IMG/VR virus record: IMGVR_UViG_3300028833_003520
Source of the DNA: a virus
Taxonomy: Duplodnaviria; Caudoviricetes
DNA length: 64,000 bases
Strand: one strand, 5' to 3'
The notes beneath the pieces were generated by a model. The model ran no database searches. It was given only the letters and a program-made list of their open reading frames with translations, and was not told the DNA's origin. The translations under genes and the position numbers were made by a program. Shown here piece by piece: positions 18,469 to 28,600 of the stretch (the first letter of the stretch is position 1; every line of letters begins with the position of its first letter).

Positions 18469-19239
18469 ATGGGATATGAATCAATGAAAGTACAGGCTAA
18501 CGAGGAAAAGTTACAGGCATTGAAAAATGCAGGTGAAATTCCGCAGACTGTGGAACTTCCTCGTAAGAGACCTGAACCGAAATTTGAAGATGAGCCTGTT
18601 CGACAAGTTGAAGAACAGCCTTCAAATTTAGAGGGTGATGCTGATGATTATGAGGTTGGCGGAAGTGGTTCGGGAAGTGCTAACGAACCGACAACTTCTG
18701 ATTATCGAGACTCAACGAAGTTAGAGCCTCAGATGCCTTCAGGTGGAACAAAGAGTTCGCCTGGACGTAAACCGAAGAATCGAATCACGGGTAAGGTCGT
18801 TCAGATAAGAGATTTTCCGAGAGATTTGATGGCTATAGCAAGAGCCGAATTTCCTAATGCTCAAAATCAGACAGATGCTTTAGCAGCGTATGTCTATGTT
18901 AAGTCTGGAAAGACGGGAATAGAGGTGTCTGATGAGGTTAAGGCGTTGGTCAAGACCTATGAAGGCGATAAAACTTTGCAGAATATCGAGGCTCGCTTGG
19001 AAGCGATTGAGAGCAATACCTTTGATACAAAGTCGCTTTTAAGAGAAGTATGGTATGGCATCTTGTATGTTATACGAGACAGACTTGGTATGAGAAAGCA
19101 CAATCCTGATACAGAGAAGGATGTGCAGTTCTTCGAGCGTGACGGTATTGCTATTCTTGGCGATACTTTACACGCACAGGTTATTGATAAGAAGAGACGA
19201 GATAAGCAAAGAGAAGGTTCATCTCATAAATATAGGTAA
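18469..19239 (+). CDS. Hypothetical protein, possible second RHH-type relaxosome accessory factor
   Basis: Disordered N-terminus, then VQIRDFP strand-helix-helix segment and coiled coil; adjacent to the RHH gene. Confidence 0.55.
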   Translation: MGYESMKVQANEEKLQALKNAGEIPQTVELPRKRPEPKFEDEPVRQVEEQPSNLEGDADDYEVGGSGSGSANEPTTSDYRDSTKLEPQMPSGGTKSSPGRKPKNRITGKVVQIRDFPRDLMAIARAEFPNAQNQTDALAAYVYVKSGKTGIEVSDEVKALVKTYEGDKTLQNIEARLEAIESNTFDTKSLLREVWYGILYVIRDRLGMRKHNPDTEKDVQFFERDGIAILGDTLHAQVIDKKRRDKQREGSSHKYR

Positions 19240-19256
19240 CGAAAGGAACATTAACG

Positions 19257-19595
19257 ATGGATAAGAAAGACAGAAACACTTATTCTTTTTATCAGATGGT
19301 TAACACAATAGGCATCATTATCGGTCTTATTGTTGTATTTATTGGTGTAACGTATTGTTCGGGTACAGCGAAGTGGATAGTTGAAGTTGTCGGAGTTGCC
19401 TTTGTCGTTATTTTCGGTCTTTTGGCTCATAACTTGAGTACACAGAAGACTGCTATCGAGAATGGCGAGATAGGCAAGGATAACGAGGAAGAGGAAGAAG
19501 AGTCTTTCGAAGCATCTGACGAGGAGAATATAGAGGAAGAAGTATCTTCTGACGAAGACAAAGCAACCATAACGTCTTTAATAGACGAAAAATAA
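19257..19595 (+). CDS. Two-TM membrane protein with acidic tail
   Basis: Two hydrophobic helices, Glu-rich C-terminus, RBS present. Confidence 0.75.
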   Translation: MDKKDRNTYSFYQMVNTIGIIIGLIVVFIGVTYCSGTAKWIVEVVGVAFVVIFGLLAHNLSTQKTAIENGEIGKDNEEEEEESFEASDEENIEEEVSSDEDKATITSLIDEK

Positions 19596-19610
19596 GGAAG
19601 GAGAACAGTT

Positions 19611-20171
19611 ATGGCGATTTTTGTGGACGGTTTATGGATTTCGGGTTTGACACTCCATATCCATCGAAAGGGAGCACCTATCCCTGCAGGAATGCAAGAA
19701 GATTACATCAAGATTAACGCTACACCTACGCAGATAAATGCGATTGCAGCCCTTTTGGGCTTGGGTTTTCGTAATGGCGATTTGTTGATGTATTCGGACG
19801 AGGACCTTCGTAACCATATTACGAAGAAAGAAGGCTTTAATTTTCAAATGGAATATGAAGCCATTAACTCTCGTGAGAGGAATGAGCGTCGCTCCATTCC
19901 TGTCGTTAGCCCACTTAATGAAAGTAAGTTGGTGAATGATATGGATATTACGAGGAATGGTGAGATGTACTTTTGGAAGCAAGAGGACGTAACAAAGCCG
20001 ATTAGTGATAGCAATACTCAACCTGTTGATAATTATGTCGATGAGGAAGGCAATGAGTATATGGATGTACCGATGTATGAAGGTAACATTGAGTATCTTG
20101 AAGACGAGGCATTGGCTGATGCTGATGCAAAGCCTGTATCAGAGGAGGGATTGGACGATGAAGAAGATTAA
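19611..20171 (+). CDS. Hypothetical protein
   Basis: RBS AAGGAG; acidic C-terminus. Confidence 0.75.
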   Translation: MAIFVDGLWISGLTLHIHRKGAPIPAGMQEDYIKINATPTQINAIAALLGLGFRNGDLLMYSDEDLRNHITKKEGFNFQMEYEAINSRERNERRSIPVVSPLNESKLVNDMDITRNGEMYFWKQEDVTKPISDSNTQPVDNYVDEEGNEYMDVPMYEGNIEYLEDEALADADAKPVSEEGLDDEED

Positions 20172-20424
20172 AACACTTGTATCTATCGGACTTGTAAGTG
20201 CGAGTTTACTGGGATTAGTAGCGTGTTCGGAAAAGATGCCACAGGGAGATTTTCCTGAATCCGATACAACTACTATGGTTGCAGAGACGACTATAGAGTC
20301 AACGACTGATGTTGAAGCCTCTATGTTCTATCGGGCGGCTTATGATAGGCTTATGCAGAAACTTTCTGAACGCCCGAAGATAGAGCCTAATCACTTAATT
20401 AAATGCGGTAATCGCCGAATTTAA
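20158..20424 (+). CDS. Short lipoprotein, possibly truncated
   Basis: Start MKKIK at 20158 with lipobox LVAC; only 88 aa. Confidence 0.6.
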   Translation: MKKIKTLVSIGLVSASLLGLVACSEKMPQGDFPESDTTTMVAETTIESTTDVEASMFYRAAYDRLMQKLSERPKIEPNHLIKCGNRRI

Positions 20425-20483
20425 TTAGGGAACAAATCCACTTGTAAAGAGGATTAAAAGTTCCCCAACATAAGTGAGAATTT

Positions 20484-20535
20484 GCTCATAAATAAGTCTT
20501 TTCTTATTGAAAAGGTGTGTCAATTATGTTACTAT
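20484..20535 (+). promoter_or_regulatory. Topoisomerase promoter with upstream operator
   Basis: GCTCATAAATAAG (20484-20496); TTGAAA(20507)-17-TACTAT. Confidence 0.6.
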
Positions 20536-20618
20536 TGGTTTGTGGAGTTTCCACCTGTTGACTTCACAAACTGTAAAAAGCCTTTACGACAAAGGTTACA
20601 GTAAAAGGAGAACGAAAG

Positions 20619-22787
20619 ATGATAGGTATTCTTAACGAAAAACCTTCCCAAATGCGTAACTTTGAGAAAGCATTAGGTGGCAATCGTGGCAAGTTCAATG
20701 GCGAAGATTATGTACTTGTAGCAGCGAGAGGTCACTTATATGAGTACGTTGACCCTGACAAGCAGGTTTCTCCTGCTCTTGCTGAACAGTACCACGCTTG
20801 GGACTTGAAGTATCTTCCTTGGGACGAAAAACAGTTTGCTTGGAAGAGAGAGAAGAAACCAGATACAGCATCCACTTTGAAGACCATCAAAGATGTACTT
20901 TCAAAATGTGATGAGATTTGTATCGCAACCGACGATGACCCTACGGGTGAAGGAGAGTTGCTTGCTTGGGAGATTCTTGATGAATTGAATTTACGACCTA
21001 AGAAGTGGTCTCGTATGTATTTTGAAGACGAAGCCGAGAGTTCTATTCAAGCGGCGTTTAAGAAGAGAAAGACAATTCCTTCGATGGACGAAGATATGGA
21101 CTACGTTAAGGCGAAGTATAGAAGCCAGTGGGATTTTATGTCTATGCAGTGGACTCGTATTGCTACAAGGTTTGGTGATGGAAGAACTGTACTTCGTCAG
21201 GGCAGACTTAAATCGGCAATGGTACTTATCGTAGGCGATGGACTCAAAGCCTACAATGAGTATAAGAAGGTTCCTTCTTACCAAAACAGATTTAAGGATG
21301 AAAATGGCAATATCTTTACGAGTAAAGATGAGCCTATTTTCCCGAAGGCAACCGATGTACCGAAGACTTATCACGATTCTGATGTAATCGTAGATAGCAA
21401 GGAAATGCGTTCTTCGGCTCCACCGAAGTTAATCGACCTTTCTACATTATCTTCAATGCTTGCAGGAAAGGGTGTTAAAGCAAAAGATGTCCTTGCGGTA
21501 TATCAGAAGATGTACGAGGCTCAGGTTGTATCTTATCCGAGAACCGAGGATAAGTGCATAACCAAAGAACAGTTCGACCAGTTGCTTCCGAAGATTGACG
21601 CTATCGCTAAACTTGTTGGTGTCGATACGAAGTTACTTACTCATAGAGCACCTCGTAAGACTCATATTAAGGACGGTATGGCACACGGTGCTAACAGACC
21701 TGGACTTAATGTACCGAAGTCAATGGACGATTTGGATAGGTTCGGTTCTTGTGCAAGGGATATTTACACTATTCTTGCAAGAAACTATCTCGCAATGCTT
21801 GGCGAGGATTATGAGTATGAGTTCCAGAAAGGTCATCTGAAGGATTATCCTGCATTCATAGGAACGGCTTCTGTTCCGAAGAAGATGGGTTATAAAGCAA
21901 TTTTCTCTGATATGGATGACGAGGAAGATACGAGCAAAGGTCTTGGAACAAGAGCAAAGCCGTATGTTCACGAGATTATCCCTCCGAGACCTCCGTACCC
22001 TACAATGAAGTGGCTTATGAAGCAACTTGAGAAGTATGATGTAGGTACGGGTGCTACGAGAACAAGCACGTATGCAGAGGTAACGAATGCTAAGTCGAAG
22101 ACAGCCTTGATGTCAGAGTCAAAGGGTAAGATTTCATTTACTCTTTGTGGCGAAATGAGTTATAAATTGCTGCCTGGAACGAATATCGGTGACCTTAAGA
22201 TTACCGAAAAAGTAATGGCTGATATGAAAGCCATTTCACAAGGTAAGGCGAATCTGAACGAATGTCTGAAAGATATACAGCGTATGGTTCGTGAAGATAT
22301 AGAAACTATGAAATCCAATAGTGCGACAATGAGAAAGGAGTTAGGCGTTATGGATAATTCACAGAAGGAGAAGTACACAGGTACTTGGAATGGCAAAGAG
22401 GTCTCATTCAACAAGGAGTGGAGTGGACACAAGTTTACGGATGCAGAGTGCGAGAAACTCTGTAATGGCGAAGTAATTGAGATTACGGCTGTCTCTAAAA
22501 AGACAGGTAAGCCTTTTACAGTTAAGGGTGCTCTTGCAGAAGATACTTACAATGGTAACCCCTTTGTCGGTTTCAAGCCTGACTTCAATAGTGGTAGCGT
22601 ACCTGCAGAGTGGTGCAAGCACAAGTTCACAGAGGATGAGAAAATCCTTCTTGAACAGGGCAAGATTGTCGAGGCAGATGACTTCGTAGGTAAGAAGGGA
22701 ACTGCATTTACCACAAGGGTTCGCTACGGTGAAAAGAAGGACGGTAGCAAGGGTATTATCCCTGAATTCGATAAAGAGAACTTCTAA
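20619..22787 (+). CDS. topB: Type IA DNA topoisomerase (TopB-like, conjugation-associated)
   Basis: TOPRIM EKPS, GHL, ATDxDxxGEGE, GRL, catalytic SYPRT, VGTGATR; two C-terminal WxxHxFTxxE repeats. Confidence 0.9.
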   Translation: MIGILNEKPSQMRNFEKALGGNRGKFNGEDYVLVAARGHLYEYVDPDKQVSPALAEQYHAWDLKYLPWDEKQFAWKREKKPDTASTLKTIKDVLSKCDEICIATDDDPTGEGELLAWEILDELNLRPKKWSRMYFEDEAESSIQAAFKKRKTIPSMDEDMDYVKAKYRSQWDFMSMQWTRIATRFGDGRTVLRQGRLKSAMVLIVGDGLKAYNEYKKVPSYQNRFKDENGNIFTSKDEPIFPKATDVPKTYHDSDVIVDSKEMRSSAPPKLIDLSTLSSMLAGKGVKAKDVLAVYQKMYEAQVVSYPRTEDKCITKEQFDQLLPKIDAIAKLVGVDTKLLTHRAPRKTHIKDGMAHGANRPGLNVPKSMDDLDRFGSCARDIYTILARNYLAMLGEDYEYEFQKGHLKDYPAFIGTASVPKKMGYKAIFSDMDDEEDTSKGLGTRAKPYVHEIIPPRPPYPTMKWLMKQLEKYDVGTGATRTSTYAEVTNAKSKTALMSESKGKISFTLCGEMSYKLLPGTNIGDLKITEKVMADMKAISQGKANLNECLKDIQRMVREDIETMKSNSATMRKELGVMDNSQKEKYTGTWNGKEVSFNKEWSGHKFTDAECEKLCNGEVIEITAVSKKTGKPFTVKGALAEDTYNGNPFVGFKPDFNSGSVPAEWCKHKFTEDEKILLEQGKIVEADDFVGKKGTAFTTRVRYGEKKDGSKGIIPEFDKENF

Positions 22788-22887
22788 TCGAATATTGTGA
22801 TGTTATAATCAAAGGCTATTGGCAGAGTTGCAGTTTTTGTGGCTCTGCTATAGTCGTAAAATATAAGGAAAGGAGATAAAACAAGCA

Positions 22888-23751
22888 ATGAAGGATAATT
22901 ACAGAATTCCTGCTGACCTTAACTCCAGTTACGGAGATATGGAGATTGCTATTCAGAATAAAGACGGCATCGGTCTTAAACCGTTGCCTATTAAGGTAAT
23001 CATATCGTATTTGGGGTCAGGTCTTGTATTGTTTTGGCTCGTTACACACTCTTTTATCGGTAATGGCTCATTACCGCAGATTGTTCTCTTTTGTATCGTC
23101 TGGCTTGCATTAACTTTTGTTCTTACTTCGTTTGATAAAACGAGAAGAATGAATGTGCAGACTATTCCTACACTTTTGGATTATCTTCCGAAAGCGAATA
23201 GGAATATTATTGTTCGTAGGACAAGTCCTGCGAACGATTTTATGCACATCGTTAAGATTTCGAAGATTAACGAGAACGGACTTATCGAATTTGCAGACGG
23301 AAACTACGGTTATCTGTATAGAATAACGGGTTCTGCCTCAATTCTCCTTTTTGAAGACGATAAGTCAGTTATTGTACAGAGGGTTGACTCATTTTTCCGT
23401 AAAATCGGTACTAATTGCGAAGTAAATTTCATTACTGTAAAGGAGCCTCAGCAGGTCTATAGGCAAGTGGCAGCACTCAAGCGTAAGTTTGACAAGTTGA
23501 CAATTGCAGATGATGAACTTCGTGCTCTCGCAATGGACCAATTTGATACTCTGAACAATTATGTTGGTCAGGAGTTTAAGTCAATCCATCAGTATCTTCT
23601 TTTAACTGCCGACAATCGTGAGGCATTAACGCAGAATAAGAATGTTCTGCAAGCAGAAATTGAAGGTTCGTCAAGAATGTTTAAGCAGTGTGTTGCTCTT
23701 TACGAGGAAGACATTATTCAGTTTTTTGCTTCAATTTATAGAAAGTCCTAA
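22888..23751 (+). CDS. Conjugation membrane protein (VirB3/PrgI-like N-terminus plus cytoplasmic domain)
   Basis: Two N-terminal TM helices; directly upstream of the VirB4-like gene. Confidence 0.55.
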   Translation: MKDNYRIPADLNSSYGDMEIAIQNKDGIGLKPLPIKVIISYLGSGLVLFWLVTHSFIGNGSLPQIVLFCIVWLALTFVLTSFDKTRRMNVQTIPTLLDYLPKANRNIIVRRTSPANDFMHIVKISKINENGLIEFADGNYGYLYRITGSASILLFEDDKSVIVQRVDSFFRKIGTNCEVNFITVKEPQQVYRQVAALKRKFDKLTIADDELRALAMDQFDTLNNYVGQEFKSIHQYLLLTADNREALTQNKNVLQAEIEGSSRMFKQCVALYEEDIIQFFASIYRKS

Positions 23752-23769
23752 GGAGAGAGGTCGTAAACA

Positions 23770-25659
23770 ATGGGAATTAGAGCAGACGCAAAAGAACGTA
23801 AGAAGAGGAAGAAGGAAGGTCGTTTCAATTTCGAATCCTATCCTCATCTTCTTGCTATGAAGCCTTCTGAGAAGTATGTATTTCATAGCGACTATTTTGA
23901 AATTGACGATTCTGTTGCAACGATATTGGCATTTTTCCATATCGAAGGTGCAACAGATAATTTTGGTGTGTTTTGGGGTATTAACCGTATTCCCTCTGGT
24001 CTTGACCAAGATGTTTCAACATATTGTTTCGAGGGCATTCATAGAATGGACGAGGGTTGGCTTGCAGGTCATCAGTCTCAGGCTGAATCTGTAGCACAGA
24101 TGAATGCGAAGGAGCAGGGTCAGGCTGGTACAAACACAACTAAAATGAATGCTTCTCGTAAGGAACAAGACCTTATGACAATAGCAAGAGAACTTCAGGA
24201 TGGTGCATCATATCTTCAGTGTCAGTATAGAATTATGGTTAAGGCACCTACTCTTGAGAAGTTGGATAAGGCTGTCGAGAAGATTGGCAGACTTTACATC
24301 GACCGATTTGCTACTCTTGAAGCCGTTCCTTATCACGGAGAGCAGAAAAGAGAGTTATCAACGCTGTTTTCACCTGTCGATAAGAAGTTAGGACACGGCT
24401 TCTACTATACGTCAACAGAGTATGCAGGTTCATATAGCATCGTTACTCACGGTCTCGAAGACCCTGGCGGAGAGTATGTTGGCTATATGATTGGTGATGT
24501 AAACAACTCTGCTGTGTTGTTTGATATCAACAAGTATGACCATCACGTTATCGTTGCAAACGAGAACTACGACGAAGAACTTGAAAGAGCACACGTCGCA
24601 GATGTGTGGGGTAGCAAGATTTCACAGTCTTGTCTTTTAGACGACCATCGAGTAGTACATATGATACTTGATGGTGCGAATCTTGATATCCTCGGACCTA
24701 AGTTCGATAATTTCACATATCGTCTTGACTTAAATCACGGTGATGTCAATATGTTCGAGATGTTCGGTGAAGTTGACGAAGAGTTGTCTATCTTCCCTCA
24801 GCAGATGCAGAAGTTAATTCTGATGGCAGAGCAGGCATACGAGTCAAACGAACACGATAGAGCAATCATCAGAGGTACTCTTGAGGAAATTGCGACAGAG
24901 TTCTATGTTCAGCAGAATATGTGGAAGCGTGATGCTAAAAGGCAGAGAGAGAAACTCCGTGTTGTAGGTATTCCTCACGACCAAGTACCGAAACTTCAGA
25001 TATTCGTATCATATCTTGATACAGAATATAAGAAGATGGCAAATACAAGCGTTCGTGATGACGAGAGACTTCACGCAGTATCAGTTCTTCGTGCAACATT
25101 CAAGAATATGCTTGATAACAATGGTGACTTGTTCAATACCATTACAAGCGACAGCATTGATGGAGCGAAGGCAGGTCGTAGAGTTATCTATGACTTCTCG
25201 CAACTTAAGTTGCGTGGTCAGGGTATTGCTATGGCACAGTTCGTCAATATCATTGGTTTTGCTGCAGGTAACCTTGGTCTTGGTGATACAATCATCATTC
25301 ACGGAGCAGAGACGATTGATAATAATGTCAAGAGTTATGTTAATACACAGTTCTCCAAACTGTGGGATAAGGGCGGAAGAGTAGTTTACCTTTACAACAA
25401 TATTGACAAGATGCTTGCAGATAAGGAATTCTCTCACTTTGACAAGGCAGATTATGTCATTATGGGTAATATGTCACAGTCCAATGTCGATGTTTATCAG
25501 AAGGAAATGGGACAGGAAATACCTCCTGACCTTGTAAATCTTGTAACGACAAAAGCCGACGCTATATGTTATATTAGAAGAGACTTTGATAATGTAGTTT
25601 TCCGTCAGAATCTACAGTTAGGCATCGACGCACATAGAAAGGAGAGAAATAGACTATGA
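23770..25659 (+). CDS. VirB4-like protein with degenerate Walker motifs
   Basis: Gene position plus a VirB4-like layout by eye (MVKAPTLEKLD..., VLFD-x-HVIV, VIYDFSQL); no GxxGxGK[ST] and no DE Walker B. Confidence 0.55.
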   Translation: MGIRADAKERKKRKKEGRFNFESYPHLLAMKPSEKYVFHSDYFEIDDSVATILAFFHIEGATDNFGVFWGINRIPSGLDQDVSTYCFEGIHRMDEGWLAGHQSQAESVAQMNAKEQGQAGTNTTKMNASRKEQDLMTIARELQDGASYLQCQYRIMVKAPTLEKLDKAVEKIGRLYIDRFATLEAVPYHGEQKRELSTLFSPVDKKLGHGFYYTSTEYAGSYSIVTHGLEDPGGEYVGYMIGDVNNSAVLFDINKYDHHVIVANENYDEELERAHVADVWGSKISQSCLLDDHRVVHMILDGANLDILGPKFDNFTYRLDLNHGDVNMFEMFGEVDEELSIFPQQMQKLILMAEQAYESNEHDRAIIRGTLEEIATEFYVQQNMWKRDAKRQREKLRVVGIPHDQVPKLQIFVSYLDTEYKKMANTSVRDDERLHAVSVLRATFKNMLDNNGDLFNTITSDSIDGAKAGRRVIYDFSQLKLRGQGIAMAQFVNIIGFAAGNLGLGDTIIIHGAETIDNNVKSYVNTQFSKLWDKGGRVVYLYNNIDKMLADKEFSHFDKADYVIMGNMSQSNVDVYQKEMGQEIPPDLVNLVTTKADAICYIRRDFDNVVFRQNLQLGIDAHRKERNRL

Positions 25660-28600
25660 TTAAGGTATCGAGAACACAGAAAATTATGGCAAGACTTGTA
25701 GGAGTTCTTGCTGTAGTTATGCTGTGTTTCGGCGTTACTTCAACTGTCGCACACGCAGATGGTATCTTAAACGACGTTTGGACCACAGGTGTAAACGCCG
25801 TTTCTTCCATCTGTAGAACGGTCGTAGGATGGGTCGGTGGTAGTGCAGTTGAAGGTGGCTCAGGTCAAGCCGCTGAGGAAGAGGGTGTTGCATCCGCAAT
25901 CGGCTTTGAGGATATTGGTAGATGGTCTGCCGCATATCTTTCAACGAATATGCAACCTGACGAAGATGGTGATGTACCTGGTGCTAAAGCCTTGAACCCT
26001 AACTATCAGGGTGATAAGGATGTTGATGCAGGAGACGCAGGTGTATTTGTAGCCTATGTCGGTAAGTCTTGGATTAGTTCACTCAACACGATTTCATCTG
26101 TTGGTGTTTCTTATTCAACATATTACAAGGTTCCTGTATCAAAGAATGGTAATAAGACTTCAAATTCCATTTATCAGTATTGTAACTATGGTTACGTATT
26201 GGGACAGATGGGACTTGATAAGTCATCTTCAGGTAGTGTATCTATTGGTTCGAAGATACAGGGTTATGTTGTTTTAGGTCTTTATTATGCAGCAATCGGC
26301 GTTGACGCATTGTTCTATGTCGTAATGAAGATACTTAAAGTTCTTAATCCGTTTATGTGGTTCGTCAAAGGTGTAAACACTGCCGTAGGTAATAATGCAG
26401 GAAGTGTTAAAACACCAGACGGCGGTACGGCTGACTGGTCGTTGATGCAAAATTATGATACTGACCCTGCATTTCAGAAGGACGGTCTTGCTGGGCTTGC
26501 CACAGGAGCCTTTAGTGGTCTTCAGGACTTCTTAGGTACTTGGTATGCTGCTATTTATGACTTCTCTTGGGCAGTTCTTGTTCCATTCTTCTTTGCGGCA
26601 CTTCTCGTATCACTTATTCTGTATAGACATACAGGAAAGTGGAAGAGTAAGTTAAAGAAGTATATTATCAGGGTTGCATTCTTGGTCATTGGTATTCCTT
26701 TACTTGGCGGTATTTATACAGCCGCATTGGACAAGATGTCTAATTCACTTAATCCAAATACTTCTCCTGCAACGAAGATTGTATGTTCGACATTTATTGA
26801 TTTCGAGGCTTGGGCTTCAAGAGGTAGATTATCGCTTTATACAAGAAGCACAAGTGGTACAACAATTACTACGGCAATGCCCTTAAATATTGATATTGCG
26901 GCAAGCGGTATGTATGAACCTACTGCTGTAGAACTTATCAATGTTAGAAATAGAGCGTATGAGATTAACAACACTTATGCGATGCCTATTGATATGGGTA
27001 ATCCTTTGTTTACATCGTATGATAATTCATCAGGACACGCTGTTGAAAATGTTTTGTCAACGTCTAATATGGATGTATCCGATAAAGCAACAGGTAACTG
27101 TGCAGCCGTTATCAATATGCTTACAAGATTCTCTGAAGGTAAGTATTATACGGCGGCTGAGTTTGAGGGTTCCGCAAAATCAGCACTGTCCAGTTGGATT
27201 TCAAGCGACGAGAAAGGTAACTGTGTACTTAATCAGTTTCAGACTATCTGTGACGTAAGTTCTTGGTGGGTTACAACAGATAGTGATGACGATGCATTTG
27301 AAGATGCTATCGAGTCTCACAGAAAGCGTTTCTCAAGCCTTAAGCACTTTGGTGATGAGCAGGAGAAGGGCGGAGACTTGCTTATCGAGAATAAAGGCTC
27401 CAAGAGTTACTATGTTAATATCTATGCAAATGGTGGTATTCAGTATAGTGATAAGAAGTTTACAGAAACTTCAGGTAGCCACGTTTATCCTTGGTTTGAC
27501 GTTAGTTATAAGACAATGCCTATTCCTGGCTATTCTGCACAGACTTATACGGCAACAGTGTTCTCTGCTAAATCAGAGACACCTTCACAGGCAGTTGAAC
27601 CTGGCATACACGATAACAATTCAAAGCCTTATGGTTTGTCAACTTGCTCAATGTATAATTATCTGAATACTTCATTCCACGATGGTATGACACTGTATTC
27701 GCCTTCTGATACTCCGACGCTTTGGGCGAGAGAGAATCATAGGTCAGTTAACATTGTAGGTAATGGCTTTGTTTCATTCCTTATGTGGCTTAACTGTGTA
27801 ACAATGCTTCTTTGCTATGCGGTAATCGGTTATTTCTATGGATTTGGTATGCTTCTTGCAAATATTGGAAGAACATTCCAAGTTGTTAAGGCAGTACCGT
27901 TCGCAATGCTTGGTAGTCTTAAGTCAATTGCAGAATTGATTACTTATACGATAGTAATGATTTTGGAAATCATCTTGACGATTTTCCTTTATTCATTCGT
28001 GGCAGAGATTATGTTTACAATCCCTGACCTTATTACTTCGCCTATGGCGGCTGCATTGAAGACTTCTTATGGTACACAAGGTAAGACAGCATATTCAATC
28101 ATTATGCCTGTTACCCTTATTGTTCTTATCATCTTCTATTCTTGGTTTATGGTAAAGGCAATCAAGATGCGTAAGAAGTTTATCAAGGCTATGGATGAAG
28201 CGGCACAGGAAATTGTTAACAAGTTTATCGGTGTTCGTGGTGACGCTCTTGCAGACGGTGCTCCTAATTCTTCTGCAAATGTTAATACAAAGAACAGTGG
28301 TGGATTTGGTAAGGGTGCTCTTGTTGGTGCAGGTGCAGGTCTTGGTGGTGCGGCTCTTCTTGGAGCAAACGGAAAGAAGGACGCTAAAACTAACGCTGAT
28401 GGCGTATCGGGTAGAGACGGTTCAAGCGGTAAGAATGGCAAGAATGGTTTTACAAAGAATGCCGAAGCCAACAAGAATCCGTTACTGCCTACAGGTGCAG
28501 CCTTAGGTTTGGCAAGTGGTGCTGGTTTCAGTGTTGATGCTGATGAAGACCTTAGGGATAGAGCAGTGGCAGGTAACCTCGACGGCAATCTTGACGGTGA

